A stretch of 64,000 bases of DNA from Podarcis tiliguerta (Eukaryota): NCBI GenBank assembly GCA_965153285.1, contig OZ229110.1; one strand, 5' to 3'. Positions within the stretch are counted from its first letter, which is position 1. Each line of letters begins with the position of its first letter. A program made the translations under genes and the position numbers. The notes under the pieces are model-generated. The model ran no database searches, was not told the DNA's origin, and saw nothing but the letters and a program-made list of their open reading frames with translations. This document shows, in pieces, positions 49,572 through 64,000 of the stretch.

Positions 49572-49811
49572 TCATTCAGAGAATTGGAAGATGCTCTCTG
49601 GATTATTGCTGTCTGCAGGAATTGCTGGCTGCAGGGTCTTTGTAGGAGTAGTTTTACCATGCGAATGAGAAGAAGAAGAATGAGAACTTTCACTGGAACT
49701 GCTTCGAGTCTCGGTACTTGTACTTGTTTTTTTCATCTTCCTTCTTTTTGCAAGAGGTGCCTTGTCAACATTCTGCAGGCAAAATCCTTCCCTCTTATAT
49801 TTGTTAAAGGC
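49572..49811 (-). CDS. RPS6KA5: RPS6KA5 terminal coding exon (~17)
   Basis: AFNKYKREGFCLQNVDKAPLAKRRKMKKTSTSTETRSSSSESSHSSSSHSHGKTTPTKTLQPAIPADSNNPESIFQFSE then TGA at 49574-49572. Contains the MAPK-docking/NLS LAKRRKMKK and the Ser-rich autophosphorylation tail. Confidence 0.97.
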   Translation of the reverse strand, partial: AFNKYKREGFCLQNVDKAPLAKRRKMKKTSTSTETRSSSSESSHSSSSHSHGKTTPTKTLQPAIPADSNNPESIFQFSE

Positions 49812-50311
49812 CTATTTTAAAAGATAAATGCATTTGTGTATATTCAAACTGAAAACAGTTTTTATAGTTGCTTAAATATGAAAGTATTAAGAATATTTCC
49901 CCTAAAGAATTGCATTACGGACTTCAAAATATTTTTAGCAAAAAGACTTGATTAAATATCCAACAATTAATATACCATTTAATATTGTTGTAGGCTACAA
50001 TCCTAGCTTCTAATGTAAATTTACCTATTGTTCCTGGCAGTTTCCCAAATGGTAGGTATCCTAAAAGCAGAAAGAGAGGTAGGCTTCCATACTACAAGCA
50101 ACAAGCCTAATTCATTCCACCATTTCTTCCGGAAATACTTATTAGTGTCAGGGGCTGTGCCAAGAGGTTCTAGGCAAACTACATTCTGATGGACTCACAC
50201 CTTTACGTGTCAGACCTAGACCCAGTGCAAATGCAGCTTTAAAGGTTGGGGCAGAGTAAGCATCAGTGATGCTGGAACCTCAGCAGCTATCAAACACAAT
50301 GTGGTGACACT

Positions 50312-50559
50312 AAGAAGAAGAAGAAGAAGAAGAGTTTGGATTTGATATCCCGCCTTTCACTCCCTTTAAGGAGTCTCAAGCGGCTAACATTCTCCTTTCC
50401 CTTCCTCCCCCACAACAAACACTTTGTGAGGTGAGTGGGGCTGAGAGACTGTGACTGGCCCAAGGTCACCCAGCAGCTGCATGTGGAGGAGCGGAGACGC
50501 GAACCCGGTTACCCAGATTACATGACTACCCCTCTTAACCACTACACCACACTGGCTCT
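50312..50559 (-). mobile_element. tRNA-derived squamate SINE (Squam3-like)
   Basis: Reverse complement of 1858-2106 with (AAG)7 tail on +. Confidence 0.85.
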
Positions 50560-50927
50560 CACAAGGCCTTCTGACACCCATTTGAGGGGCTTAGTCCAGG
50601 CCTGGAGTCAATTGTAGATTTGGTGACAGAAATGGCTGCTGGGGCATAAGAGTTGACAACTTATTCGCTTTGTGGGAGTTGCACAGGGTTTGAGGGAAGG
50701 GTATCATCTTTCTCAAATAATAGTAAGGAATGGAAGAGAATTTGGTTTAGGTTTTAAAAATTAGTTTAAGAAGTACTTTTGAGGAAAAGAACTATAGAAG
50801 GTGCTCTTTTCAGCGTACCTTTATCCTTCGTTAATGCAGATTCTGAATCTCAAAAGATGGGTGTCATAATGTTTGTATTATTATTATAATCTTTATAATA
50901 CTTGTATATTCTATTCTCTTAGCATCT

Positions 50928-51530
50928 CAAGGCAGCTGCCTACCAGCTCCATCTCGGATGCTGACTGAGACCCTACCTGCCTGCAGACTGTCTCACCAGA
51001 GTAGTACATGCCTTTGAAGGTGACTTGGAAACTACAACTAATCCAAAATGTGGCAGCTAGACTGGTGACTGAGAGTGGCTGCCGAGACCATATAACACCA
51101 GTCCTAAAGGATCTTCACAGGCTACCAGTATGTTTCCAAGCACAATTCAAAGTGTTGGTACTGACTTTTAAAGCCCTAAATGGCCTTGGCCCAGTATAGC
51201 TGAAGGAGTGTCTCCACCTCCATCATTCAGAATGGACACTGAGGTCCTCTTCTGAGAGTCTTCTGGTGATTCCCTCACTGTAAGAAGTAAAGTTACAGGG
51301 AACCAGGCAGAGGGTCTTCTCAGCAGTGGCGCCCTCCCTACGGAACACTCTCCCATCAAATGTCAGGGAGATAAAGAATTACACAACTTTTAGAAAACAT
51401 CTTAAGGCAGCCTTGTTCAGCGAAGTTTTTATGTCTGACATTTTATTATTTTTTTATATTTTTGCTAAAAGCTACCTAGAGTGGCTGGGGAAACACAGCC
51501 AGATGGGCGGGGTATAAACAACAAAATTTA
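50928..51530 (+). mobile_element. L2 LINE 3' fragment
   Basis: ORF2 C-terminal motif KLQLIQNVAARLVT...DHITPVLKDLHRLPV...FKVLVLTFKALNGLGP; 3' tail gagtggctggggaaacacagccagatgggcggggtataaa. Confidence 0.88.
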
Positions 51531-51930
51531 TTTAATTTTTATTTACATTTAGTTTGATATATAAATGCAGCCCTGGCTTTAGCCAGAAGAGCAAGTGAGC
51601 AGGAAGGATTTTGTAAGCGGAGATCATTACCTTCGGGGCAGACAACTACTGCCAGAACCAGAAACAGGACCTGATGTCTCAAAGGTTTTTTCAACAGTAG
51701 TTTGAGTGTTAACTATTCCAATTTACCCCTCCCCCCACACTATTCTCCCAATTTTACATCATGATCCACATGTTCAAGAACCCCACTGGGACTAACAGAG
51801 AAAGCAGGGGTCAAGGTGAAGAATCCTCAGTTTGAGATAAAGCTGTAGACATTTCTGAATGTATATGGAACTAAAGTGCATCCCACTTTAAATGATAGGC
51901 TGGCAAAAGAAGCACATGGCTTAATGTTTA

Positions 51931-52230
<300 letters not shown>

Positions 52231-52929
52231 TTATAACTTTAAATTTAGATTTTAGAATCATACAAATCAATCTTGAATATACTCTGAGCATCATTATTAA
52301 ATAAATAGTTTATAACAGTATTTATTGAGTATTTGTAGAAGTTGCATGGAATCATTTCATAACATCTAGGAAATAAGATTAAATTATCACGACAGCAGCT
52401 ATCCTGAAGTGTATGAACTCCAAAGTTTATTTAACAGGGTGTATAAAAGTAAATGATTAAAACGTATCAGATTTTTAGTTTAAAAAACCCTGCAAATACC
52501 ATGTTTCCCTTACATATAACTTGTTAATATTAAAAAAGGATATAAGCATGTTAGCTCGAGTCAATATCTAACCTAAATCAATCCCCCTCCCAGAAACAAT
52601 GAGTTCAAGAAACCTATGTAACAAATAACAAATTTGATCATTTCTCAGATATGAATGTTTATACTCTAGCTACTAACTCTAGGCATTTTATTTTCACCTG
52701 ATGAAAACAAACTGCTCTAGTCTTCCCAGTAACTATCAAACCTTGATTCAATCAGTCAGCTACATCTGCTGAAATTCCTTCACCCACAGCATGTATCCTT
52801 AACTTTTTCAGATATGGGACCCACTTATAACCCATTTGGGTACCCATTTATTATTATTTTACCATACATTTGCATGGTGGTAATGCTCCTGTTACAACTC
52901 ACAGTGGATCAGGCTGCAAACCACTATTG

Positions 52930-53067
52930 CAGCCTTTCTCAACCTGTGGGTTCCTAGATGTTGTTGAACTACAACTCCCATCACCCCTAGCTAGGAAGGC
53001 CAGAGCTCAGGGATAATGGGAATTGTAGTCAAACAACATCTGGGGACCCACAGGTTGAGAACCGCTG
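52930..53067. mobile_element. Palindromic hAT MITE (related family)
   Basis: TIR CAGCCTTTCTCAACCTGTGGG...CCCACAGGTTGAGAACCGCTG; perfect 8-bp TSD CACTATTG (52922-52929, 53068-53075). Confidence 0.9.
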
Positions 53068-53624
53068 CACTATTGGATCCTGACCCACCAGCTGAGGACC
53101 AGTGCTCTACAGAACTATTAAACTACACAATTGTCCTCTTTTTCACCTGGCCGATCTACCTATTAATCATAAACATTTCAATTTTACTTGCTACTTGGCT
53201 TTCTGAAGGTGGGGCTGGGTCAAAGAAGCAGAAATGAGCAATATGGGGAAGACGACTTTTTTTTACTGCTTATCTAAATCAATGATTCATATTAATTTAA
53301 ATCCTTATACTCTGTTTTCTAACTATTTTGTCTTCAAAAGTTCCCCCTAATCAAACTATCCAAATATTTTGTTTCAACTTTCACACTTAAAATGTTGGGA
53401 TATAAGAGATTAACTGAAGCTTGTCAGCAAAAGATTGGTGCAGACACATTAGATTAGGGCCAAATGAGTCAATCAAATCACAGGCAATTGTACGTATTGT
53501 ACTATCTTCCTTAGAAATCTTCATTTTAATTAATTTCAAGAATTATACTATTATATTATATGATAGAATTATTCTATATTATAGAACAGTTACAGGAATT
53601 ACTAGAAACAGAGTAAATAAATTA

Positions 53625-53918
<294 letters not shown>

Positions 53919-55629
53919 CTACAGTTAGCTAAGCAATTTACATTATATTAGGGGGGAAACAGGACAATTTTTACATGTCCACACAATTTAAGATAATATT
54001 TTCAGAAGTTACAGAACAGTTGAGGTTCAGTAAACTTTCCTGAAACCAAGTGATAAAATCTCCAGCATCAAATATACTATCCTTTTGTTGTTGTTTCTAT
54101 AACAGTGGGCTATGCAGAAAAACGTACTTTCTCTCTTAGTCATTATTAAGAGCTCAGTAGCCAGATGAGGTATCACACGTTCCCCTCCTGCATTGCACAC
54201 CCTGCACTAGGCATAGTTAAGGGATATGTCACAACAGGTATTAACTGTGCTTAAGACTAATGAGATTTCTTGATTACCTATGATTTGAACCTGATTATCA
54301 AATCGTGCTTAAGCAAAGCTGCTATGGAAAAGTGTGTGGTTCTATGGTCCACTCCTTAACTCGGATCCAAGCTTTCCTCCTGTCAGCAGGAGCATCACTT
54401 GCATGGAGTTCCACTGAGAGGGCATTCCCACCAGTGGAAGGGATTTTTGCCACTACCTCCTCTCCCTGCAACCCCTTGCACCCGCTTAATGACTCACTTG
54501 GCCAATTCTGGACCCTCTGGGAAGGTATGTGGTGACTGCAAGGGGGCAGCGTAATCAGTAGAAATGGACCACTGGTCTTATATGAAAAGTATTATTCCCT
54601 CAGATGCTCTCAGATGAGAGCTCGCCTTAGTACTTGGAAGGCAGAAGTACAACTACTGTAATTTAAAGGGCCTTGCTCACATCCAGCCAGCTCCTACCAC
54701 TATACAACCATCTAAGCTGTGAAATCCCACACATAGACAAATATGAAACAAACCACAGGGAACGCAGAAGAACATAGGTTCAGGTCATGTCTGGATGCAC
54801 ATGGCCAAACTCCCTCTGGTGGCCCACCTTTTTTATTCACTGCCTTCTTACTGCTTTTTTTGCTGACAGGCAAAGTAGTCTTGTCAGTTATCATTATCAG
54901 GGGCACAATGGAAGGAATGACAGAGAGGGAAATTGTTCCTCAGTTAAAGGCACAGCTCCCTGACTACCTGACAGTGATGCCAGTTGAGGAACTGATGTCA
55001 TTAACAGGCTGAAAGAATGCAGTGCTTATGGGCTACCTTTAATTTTAAGCGGTTGTCTCTTGACTCTGGCCAAAGTCTTCTCTAAAACTGCTGTAGGACT
55101 GTCTGGGAGCTAAAGAGACAATAAACACCACACAGACACAACTGAAAACTCACAAAAAGGGCAGAAATGCCTGAACAAAGCAGAAAGATAAGTTTGGGAC
55201 ACAACCTCTTGCATGAAAGCAGGAGTAAAACTGGCGGTAGGTAGCTGGATGTGAGCAAAGTCCTCTAAATTACCAATCTTGCCTTCAAGCATTAGAGGGA
55301 CTTCATATCCCACCTGAGAACATTTTCACTCCACTCAAAGGAAAATTGCCTCCTCTCCCACTTTTGCCAGTGTTGTAACTCCCTACTTCTGTCAGTGGGA
55401 ATGGATCAAAAGCCTTTGATTTGCAAAAAGCTAAGGCTGAATTCAATCCCTCCCCTCTTAACTATGATTAAGATATTATATCTGCACAGGACCAGTAAAT
55501 ATACATTCCACTGACTAATGGTCAGCACTCATACTTTAATCTGGGGCCATTATAAGCAACCCTTTTCCACTAGCAATCTGACCAAATGCTCGTCAGTTAT
55601 TTAAAAATGCAGAATAAAATGAGCAATTA

Positions 55630-55827
<198 letters not shown>

Positions 55828-55985
55828 CTAAGAGAGAGAAAATTAAATTAGAGATTTGCAAGATATGCTGTCAATATAAACCTAAATACATTCTTTATTT
55901 TTATATACTTGAGATAACTACAGTTATGCCTTCTCTTAGGGATGGGGAACCTGTAGCCCTGCAAATATTAGACTGCAACTCACAT

Positions 55986-56345
55986 CATAAGAACGTAGGA
56001 AAAGCCTGGCTGGATCAGGCCGAAGACACACCTAGTCCAGTGGGCAGTCAGATGCCTATGGAGTGCTTGCAAGCAGGCAATGAGCATAACCATGCTCTCC
56101 CCACTTGCGATTCCCAGCAACTGGTATTCAGAGGCACACTGCCTCTGACAGTGAGGTGGAACATAGTAGCTGTCATGGCTAGTATTCATTGAAAGTGCTA
56201 TCCTCCATTACTTTGTCTAATCTGCTATTAAATCCATCCAAATTAGTGGCTATCACTACATCCTACAGGAGGGAATTCCATAGTTTAAGCACACGTTGTT
56301 AGAAGAAGTACTTATTTGTCCTGAATTCTCTGATATTCCATTTCT
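55986..56345 (-). mobile_element. CR1-family 3' fragment nested in a degraded hAT MITE
   Basis: cataagaacgtaggaaaagcctggctggatcaggcc...; flanks carry hAT-MITE halves (55938-55985 and ~56380-56435). Confidence 0.65.
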
Positions 56346-56886
56346 AGTATTACTGGAGGGGCGGGACTTCTCCCTATCTACTCCCATGACCATCGGCCAT
56401 GCTGGCTGGGGCTGATGGATACTGAAATCCATCTGAGAAACACTTTAAAATACATATATGCCTGATAGCAGAATTAAGTCATCACCAAGAACAGAACACA
56501 CACAATTAAGTGAAGAGAGCATAAAAACAAAAATAAATAGTATTGTTTATATTATAATGTATATGCATTAGTCACCTCATAATACAGATTTTCTAGACAA
56601 CATAGAATAATGATAATAATAATTGTATTTAATTATATCCCGCCTTTTTCCCTGATAGGGACCCAAAGCGGCTTACAGCTAAAATAGAAAAAGTATAAAA
56701 TAAAATACACATGCTCAATGGGTAATCCCATTGGCAGAAGGTGCAGGTAAAACTTACCACAAGGAGCAGAGATAATTCATTTCATACTTAATGAACAAAT
56801 CGCAACACATAAACTCCATCGTAATGAGAAAAGTGAACTGTCTCTATCATCACTAGAAAACCTATTACAAGAAGCTGAAAATGTCA

Positions 56887-57060
<174 letters not shown>

Positions 57061-57973
57061 CTATAAACAATATATTTGCATGCAAATTCTTTTTTAGAAC
57101 ATTTATTTCAAAATGCAAGGGACAATAATCAGCTAGATGTATTTAATATTCAAGTATATATACTGTTTACTTTTAATTTCCTCCAGGTTCAAAAAGCTAT
57201 TGTATGTATATAGTACACCCCCTGCTTATTCTGTTCGCCAACCCTGCATATCCACCAACCCCCCTTTCTTTAAACATCACCCACCCCTTTGCCTATCTCC
57301 TCACAGATCTCCCTCTCCCCAGCTTGCCCAAACCCCCAATCCATTTTAAAGAAAGGCAGAAGGCACTTCAGAGAGCAGCTTGATCAGCTCCTCTGAAACA
57401 TCTCTCCCTGCTCCATTAAACAGCTCCCCTGGGCTGCCTGCCACCAGCACTGTTTCCTTGCTCTCCTGCCTGCTGTCCCTCACACTGGAGATGGAGTGGT
57501 CATCTGTAGACAGCTATGTGAACTGCAGACCATGACGATAGCCTTAGATTTTTTATTATACAGGAAGACATACATTATGTGTATATAGTATACAGCACTG
57601 GTCTTCAACTGGTGGATTAGGACCCACTAGCAGGTCACAGCCTTCTCCAAGTTGGATTGCAACAGTAACACTACCACCATGCAATTGTATGGTAAAAGTT
57701 AAGAAGCAAATATTGTGATTTGAAACTAACTCTAGCTACATAATATTCCCTTCCTGGGCAAGATGATTAGTTAGGGTACCTGACCAGGTGTGGGTAAGCC
57801 TGGAGAAAGCAGATTATCTTTGCCCACTCCTGTATGGTTTCAGGCCTGGTTTTAGCATCAAAACAACCTCACATCCTACCTAGGAATCAAAATTTGGCTT
57901 CCAGGATCTCATGCCTATACTGTGCAAAGTCAGCTTAGTTTGCAAAATGTTTAGTTCAAATGTAAGCAAATTA

Positions 57974-58102
<129 letters not shown>

Positions 58103-58485
58103 TTAAGAAGTCAGTTTGTAACAATTTAACAATCCAAGCATTTCCTTGGATCTAAACAATTATGAGTCTGTACTATACAAACTCTAAAAATATCTTATAG
58201 GGGCACATTTGGTTGTATTGTGAACAGGGCAGCAATTTGGTAGATCTTCAGATTAAAGAATCAAGTATGTTTGCCTTTTTAAAAACTTGTTTGTGCTTTA
58301 GCGGAGTAATCTTCTGAGATCCTTCTTTGGCTACACCCTCGGAAGCAAGGAGGACAGCAACTGGGCAAGGGACCTACTCAATGGTGGCACCTCACTCATG
58401 AAATATTTTGACTATATAGTTTGTGGTTTTATATTCTGGTTTTGTTCTGTGAACCTCCCTGAGACCTCTGGGTATAGGGCAGTAT

Positions 58486-58504
58486 ATGAATGAATGAATG
58501 AATG

Positions 58505-58534
<30 letters not shown>
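58486..58534. repeat. (ATGA)n(ATCA)n compound microsatellite at the tail of an L2-like fragment
   Basis: Direct observation; preceded by cctccctgagacctctgggtatagggcagtat. Confidence 0.85.
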
Positions 58535-58535
<1 letters not shown>

Positions 58536-58738
58536 TAAAATTCTCCCTAGGGAGGCTCATCTGTCTGATGGTTTGCTTGTCTTTTTAGTGTCAGTCAAAA
58601 GCTTCTTTCTTACCCCGCATTTTAATTTGTTAAACCATTATTCTTTAACCACTGCCATTATTTTATGCTTTTTAATTATGTTGTTGAGTAAGCGGCCCTG
58701 AGAATATCTATATTGAAGGGCAGCAGAGGCATTTCTTA

Positions 58739-58993
<255 letters not shown>

Positions 58994-59461
58994 TTACTGA
59001 ATAAAAGAAACAAGAAAAAGAACAAAGTTACTTGAGAATTTTTAATTACAGCAAAACATATTTTGTGCTGTATTAGAATACCACAGGCAGCAACCAATTT
59101 GTGTAGGGGTTCCGTTCCTGGCCCTCGTGAGTGTTGGCGGAGCACCCATAAGCCCATTCTGCCCCCATCCCTCCCTCTTCCAGGTCCAAAACGACCAGCG
59201 CATCAGTGGTCACGCGTCAGTTGGATGTGCCTAAAAAGATCACCACCTGTACTAATTGCAAGTTTACAGTATTTCCTTTTTAATGCCTTGGGAAATAGCA
59301 AAGTAATGTAATATTTGTTTATTTAGACTTCTGTACTGCTCCTCATTCATAGATCACATGGTGGCTTACGGCATAATAAAAACTTAAAATACACAACATA
59401 GTAACAAGAAAAACAACAACCCCCACACAGAAACATTTAAAAGGCCACTAAGAATTCTATC

Positions 59462-59827
59462 GGGACGCGGGTGGCGCTGTGGGTTAAAGCCTCAGCGCCT
59501 AGGGCTTGCCGATCAAGAGGTCGGTGGTTCGAATCCCCGTGGCGGGGTGCGCTCCCGTTGTTCGGTCCCAGCGCCTGCCAACCTAGCAGTTCGAAAGCAC
59601 CCCCAGGTGCAAGTAGATAAATAGGGACCGCTTACTAGTGGGAAGGTAAACGGCGTTTCCGTGTGCGGCTCTGGCTCGCCAGAGCAGCGATGTCACGCTG
59701 GCCACGTGACCCGGAAGTGTCTTCGGACAGCGCTGGCCCTCGGCCTCTTTGAGTGAGATGGGCGCACAACCCTACAGTCTGTCAAGACTGGCCCGTACGG
59801 GCAGGGGTACCTTTACCTTTACCTTTT
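59462..59827 (+). mobile_element. Sauria SINE, full length, young subfamily
   Basis: GGGACGCGGGTGGCGCTGTGG head, intact B box; 13-bp TSD TAAGAATTCTATC (59449-59461, 59828-59840). Confidence 0.94.
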
Positions 59828-59975
59828 TAAGAATTCTATCATTAAATATTTTCTTTTAAAATATCTTAAACTGAAAATATCGGGGGGGAAACAATGCAAA
59901 TTATAAATACGTTATAAAACAGAGTTACATCTTTTAATTAGGACATTAAACTGCTATATTAAGTTTTAACGCTAC

Positions 59976-60101
59976 CTTCATCATAGCACTCCTGGCAATA
60001 CTTGTAATTCCAGGTCGGTCCACTGCTGTCAGGAAGTGAACAGGATCCATAGTGGCTGCATTACGTTTGAATAAGATGGAAGGAGCAACAAAGGAGTATC
60101 C
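59976..60101 (-). CDS. RPS6KA5: RPS6KA5 exon (~10): hydrophobic motif/linker
   Basis: GYSFVAPSILFKRNAATMDPVHFLTAVDRPGITSIARSAMMK; acceptor gttctttag, donor AAG|gtagcg; 126 nt; completes FQGYSF (human S376). Confidence 0.96.
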
Positions 60102-63066
60102 CTAAAGAACAAAAAGAAAAGATATCCATCACGCCCAGAGTTTCCAGCTATCAAATTTTAATTGTAATTTCAATAATTTAGGGTAAGCGTAATTCAGACA
60201 GAAATAATCAGCATCCAAGATAAGCCAGAATCATTATATTCAAGGAAATTATGCACCTTCTTATCACCGTAAGAGGAAGCCTGCCTGAAAGAAATTAAAC
60301 CATCTTCTGATCCATTAAAAAAAATCAATTAAAAGCTCAGTTTGTAAAAAATAAAAAAGAATGCTAAAAAACTGACTCACAGCTTTTTCACTGGTGACAA
60401 AGGGTGATACGTCAAACTGGCTAGCTTCTCAAGAAACCTACAGTTAAGGTATCAAACAAGCTTACATTATGACTGGGCAAATGGATTTTTATCTGGTAAA
60501 CACAAATGTTATATTCTAAAATCTCAGTGGAATTACCATGATTTATTCCTTAGTTCCAATTTTCTTTTATGTTCTATTTCTGCTTTTTTTTAACTGTAAA
60601 GTTAATTGCTCCTCAAATTTAATCATGGTTTTATATGTGTGTGTGTATTTAAATAGTTTAATGTCTTACATGTGTTCCATATATTCAACCTGCTTATACT
60701 GGGAGTGACATTAATTTTGAAAATATTCTCGTAAAGAGTTCCAACATGTTCCACAAAAACAAAACTGAAGCAAAATTCTGTTATACCTCCACCATTTAGA
60801 AGTAAGATTTCAAGAAAAACTCAATGTAAATGAGACAGGGGCGCAAAAATTCATTGGATGAATTTCACAATTTTTGACGTTTTTGGAACTAAGCTGGAAG
60901 AAACCAATATATCACTGAGTAAGATTTATTTGGCTATGAGTAAAATCTTTAGGTTTTGCATTGAAGAAACTCCATACATCAATTGTTATTTTCTTTTCAA
61001 TTCCCTTGGAATTGTTAGGGGGAAATTCAGCTATCTTTGATGTGGAGCCTATCCATACTCTTACCATGAACACTATTAAAGTATCTCTCTAAAATAATGC
61101 ACCAAATAGTGTTCATCAAGGTTTTTTTAAAGGAAACATAAAAGAGTGGTTAACACTTTTGATACATCTGACTCTGCTAATTTAGTAAGAATAATATATC
61201 TACCTGTTATCTCGTATTTCCTCTTGGACTACCAAGGACCTGTTCTGTAAGATAATAGCAACACCTCTTTTTTTTTTTTTTCATCAGAAGAGCAAGTAGC
61301 ATACAAATCTTCCAATTTTAAAAGAAGGATCTGCTCCTTTCTTTTTATTTTTATTATTTTCCATTACAGTTTACATGTAGACTTATTTCATACATTTGAA
61401 AATGTCCAACATAAGGAGTCCCATTGCCAGACATATTTAAGGGAAATAAAATATGAGCCAGAACATCTACATGGACATCTGACAGGGAACCAACTGAAGC
61501 TCTTCTCCTCCTATATAGGGAGAGTTTCTGACAATTCTTCGGTTTCATTCATTCGAACTTCCCCTATGTAGATAAGGTGATGAGGACACTTTGCACGAAG
61601 GATTTTTAAACACACAAACCAGGGCAAAGGATTATCAATCACAGACGGACTTGAATCAAATACCTTACATGAGGGCTGGCTAGAATGGGTCCATTTAGTT
61701 TTAGTGGTAAGCTTGTTTTGCCTCTCTACTCTTCTGCTACCTTCTCCTCTAAAACTTGAGTCACTATTCAGTTCTGCTACTTTCCCCAGATTTTGTCTGT
61801 GTACCAAAGTCTGCCTCATGCACAGCCCCCAGACAACAGTCTCAGGCTGTTTCTATTTCACTTTTTCACTTTTTCTATTTCACTATTTCACTTTCTTATC
61901 CTGAAAGCCTTTCTGTGGTTCCCCAGCGTCCCCAGCTGTGGTTCAGCTGCTTTCCACACCAGCTGAAATTGCTTTCTGTGATACATATCTCATCCTACTT
62001 CTCTTACTTTGCTGTACCCCTCTCTTAGATGCCACAGTCCATCCAGCTCATTGAAAAAGGTCCGATCCTGAAGAAACAAACATAAATCTTCTCTTTCCTG
62101 AGAGGCTCTGACTCAAGACTAACAAATATATTTCCTTGCTCTCTTCTATTATTGTCAATTATAGAGTAGAAGAATGGATGCACATATACTGCTTACATTT
62201 CTTTTTTTGCCCATTTTTAAGTTCACAGAGCTCTAGATTAGCCCTTGTACACTAGCAGAGTTAAGCAACATGGCCCAGATTCAACTAACCGGGCATGCTA
62301 GTGAAAGCCAGTGCAAAGGCTCCCACTGTGCAATAGAGCTTTCCCTTACCTCCTCCCCCACACACCCTCCACTCCTTCCCCAAATCCACTCTGGAGAGTT
62401 GGGAGAACCCCCAGAATGGTTCATGGGGGGGGGATCATTCCATCTAGCAAGCAGAAATGCTTACACTGTCAAAACTATAAGAGAGCAATGACAAATTCCT
62501 CACTGTGTCTCAAGGGGTTGGCAGGAGGGAATCAAAATTAGTCTTAATCATCCTCTTTGACTATCTAATCAAGATTTAATACCTTTGCCTTCAAAATCAG
62601 TAACAATTTTGATCTGATGACTCTCAGATTTATAAATGATGCTTTACAGCCAACCTACAGCATTACTTGCCATTTTTACTTTTCTTTGCATACTGTCAAT
62701 CACCAACTTAACTCAATGCATCTCAAATAGTGCTACACAGCCATATCTTTCAGTGTGGGATATATAACTGATGGTCATATTTTTTATTTTATAATTTTAC
62801 TTGTCAACTAAGTCTGCACTTTTTGTAATGATCCTAGGAAGGGTTACATAGTCATGCAAGCATGGCTATTCCTTCCCACACTAGTGAAGGCATAATGATG
62901 AGACTTTATTCAGTCCATTTGTTTATGTTAGTATCAAAACATCTCTAGCAAACTTCATTCACTTTAATCGCCTTCAGAAAATCACTATATTTTATTTAAT
63001 TCTGAAATTATCTCTGCACGAGTTCCTATTAATAATAATAATAATAATAATATTATACGCAATTAC

Positions 63067-63228
63067 CTGGAAAAGCTTATCTGCAGCTTGTGGTGTGCTT
63101 GCTGGAGAATATGTTGGGTCCATTTCTGTAAACTCATCTGCAAAGTTACTAACATCCAATTCATCACGAATTACTGGTTTAAATGGAGCTGGCACTATTT
63201 TGGCAGCCAAGTCATTCCAATTCAGTTT
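63067..63228 (-). CDS. RPS6KA5: RPS6KA5/MSK1 exon (~9): AGC C-tail and turn motif
   Basis: KLNWNDLAAKIVPAPFKPVIRDELDVSNFADEFTEMDPTYSPASTPQAADKLFQ; acceptor ctttctgtttag, donor CAG|gtaatt; 162 nt; includes the TYSP MAPK site (human S360). Confidence 0.97.
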
Positions 63229-64000
63229 CTAAACAGAAAGTAATTTTAGAAGGTAATGAAAGCAGAGCAAAAGATGAACATTTCAACTGACAAAGAGAAT
63301 TGCTCAGGGAAGTTTAATAATGACTTACAGTGCAATCCAATGTACATCCACTCAGGAATTAAGTCTCATTATATTCAGTGAGACTTAATGTGTATAGGTA
63401 AATGTGTATAGGACTGCAGCCTAAGACTTCAGGTATGTTCTTTGGGCAAATGTGGTTGAGCAGAAATACAAAAGATGCAACCAAGGCTTTGCTCTCCACT
63501 TTGTTCACAAACTTCAGAACTAACATATTGTGCTTGCAATCTTTGCTTATTTTACTTCAACCTTCTTAACTATGACTTACATTGTAATCCTATTAATGTC
63601 TATTCCCAAGTAAGGCCTGCTGTTTTTAATGGGACTTACTCCCAGCTAGGTGTGTATAGGAGTGAATTTTTTAATTATCTTTTAAAGGCAACTCCCAATT
63701 TACGTGGGGGTTATGTTACAAGGGACCGCACATTTAAGTGAAATTGTGTATATTTGAAACACCCCATTCTGCCCCCACCTCACTCCTTTTAGTGACGTTT
63801 TCGGGTCACTTCTGGGTTCAGCGTGATATGCGTGTGCACAGTCACGCACATAAATCAAGGCTTGCTTGTACTTTAGAATCTTTCAGTTGTGTCAATATTT
63901 ATTTATTTTTAACACAGGAAGAGGAGGAGTTTCATGGCTTTCCCTGGAGATCACATTCCATCATTTTTGTAGCACTGCAAAAAAAACCCTTATATGTAAA

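Noticed and set aside
63900-64000. RPS6KA5 exon 8
   Set aside because: No frame matches the expected N-terminal kinase sequence (…KDPKKRLG…); it must lie beyond the window.

Overview
This is vertebrate genomic DNA, most likely from a lacertid lizard (inferred from Sauria-type SINEs, squamate CR1/L2 elements and MITEs). Two genes lie head-to-tail on the minus strand, as in the RPS6KA5-TTC7B synteny I recall for amniotes. (1) The last nine coding exons of RPS6KA5/MSK1 (63228 to stop at 49572) cover the linker and C-terminal kinase domain, followed by a probable ~9 kb 3'UTR. (2) The first five coding exons of TTC7B (ATG at 34830 to 13704) start in a CpG island whose upstream part is lost in a 200-N assembly gap; a candidate extra cassette exon is cut by the window start. 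All 14 exons have GT-AG borders and compatible phases. The rest is intron or intergenic DNA rich in SINEs, CR1/L2/RTE/Penelope fragments and Tc1-mariner, hAT and fold-back MITEs. Nearly all other ORFs in the track are spurious. I found no convincing new multi-gene system. The best leads are: the candidate TTC7B cassette exon; an inverted SINE pair bracketing a stop-free 300-nt exon 3-4 unit (possible circRNA); a Penelope-derived minimal hammerhead ribozyme with a catalytic G12 mutation; an in-frame GTA-TGA at the start of MSK1 intron 13 (truncated isoform); and hairpin MITEs in the long MSK1 3'UTR. Exon numbers follow my recollection of the human genes, and repeat borders without a stated TSD are approximate.
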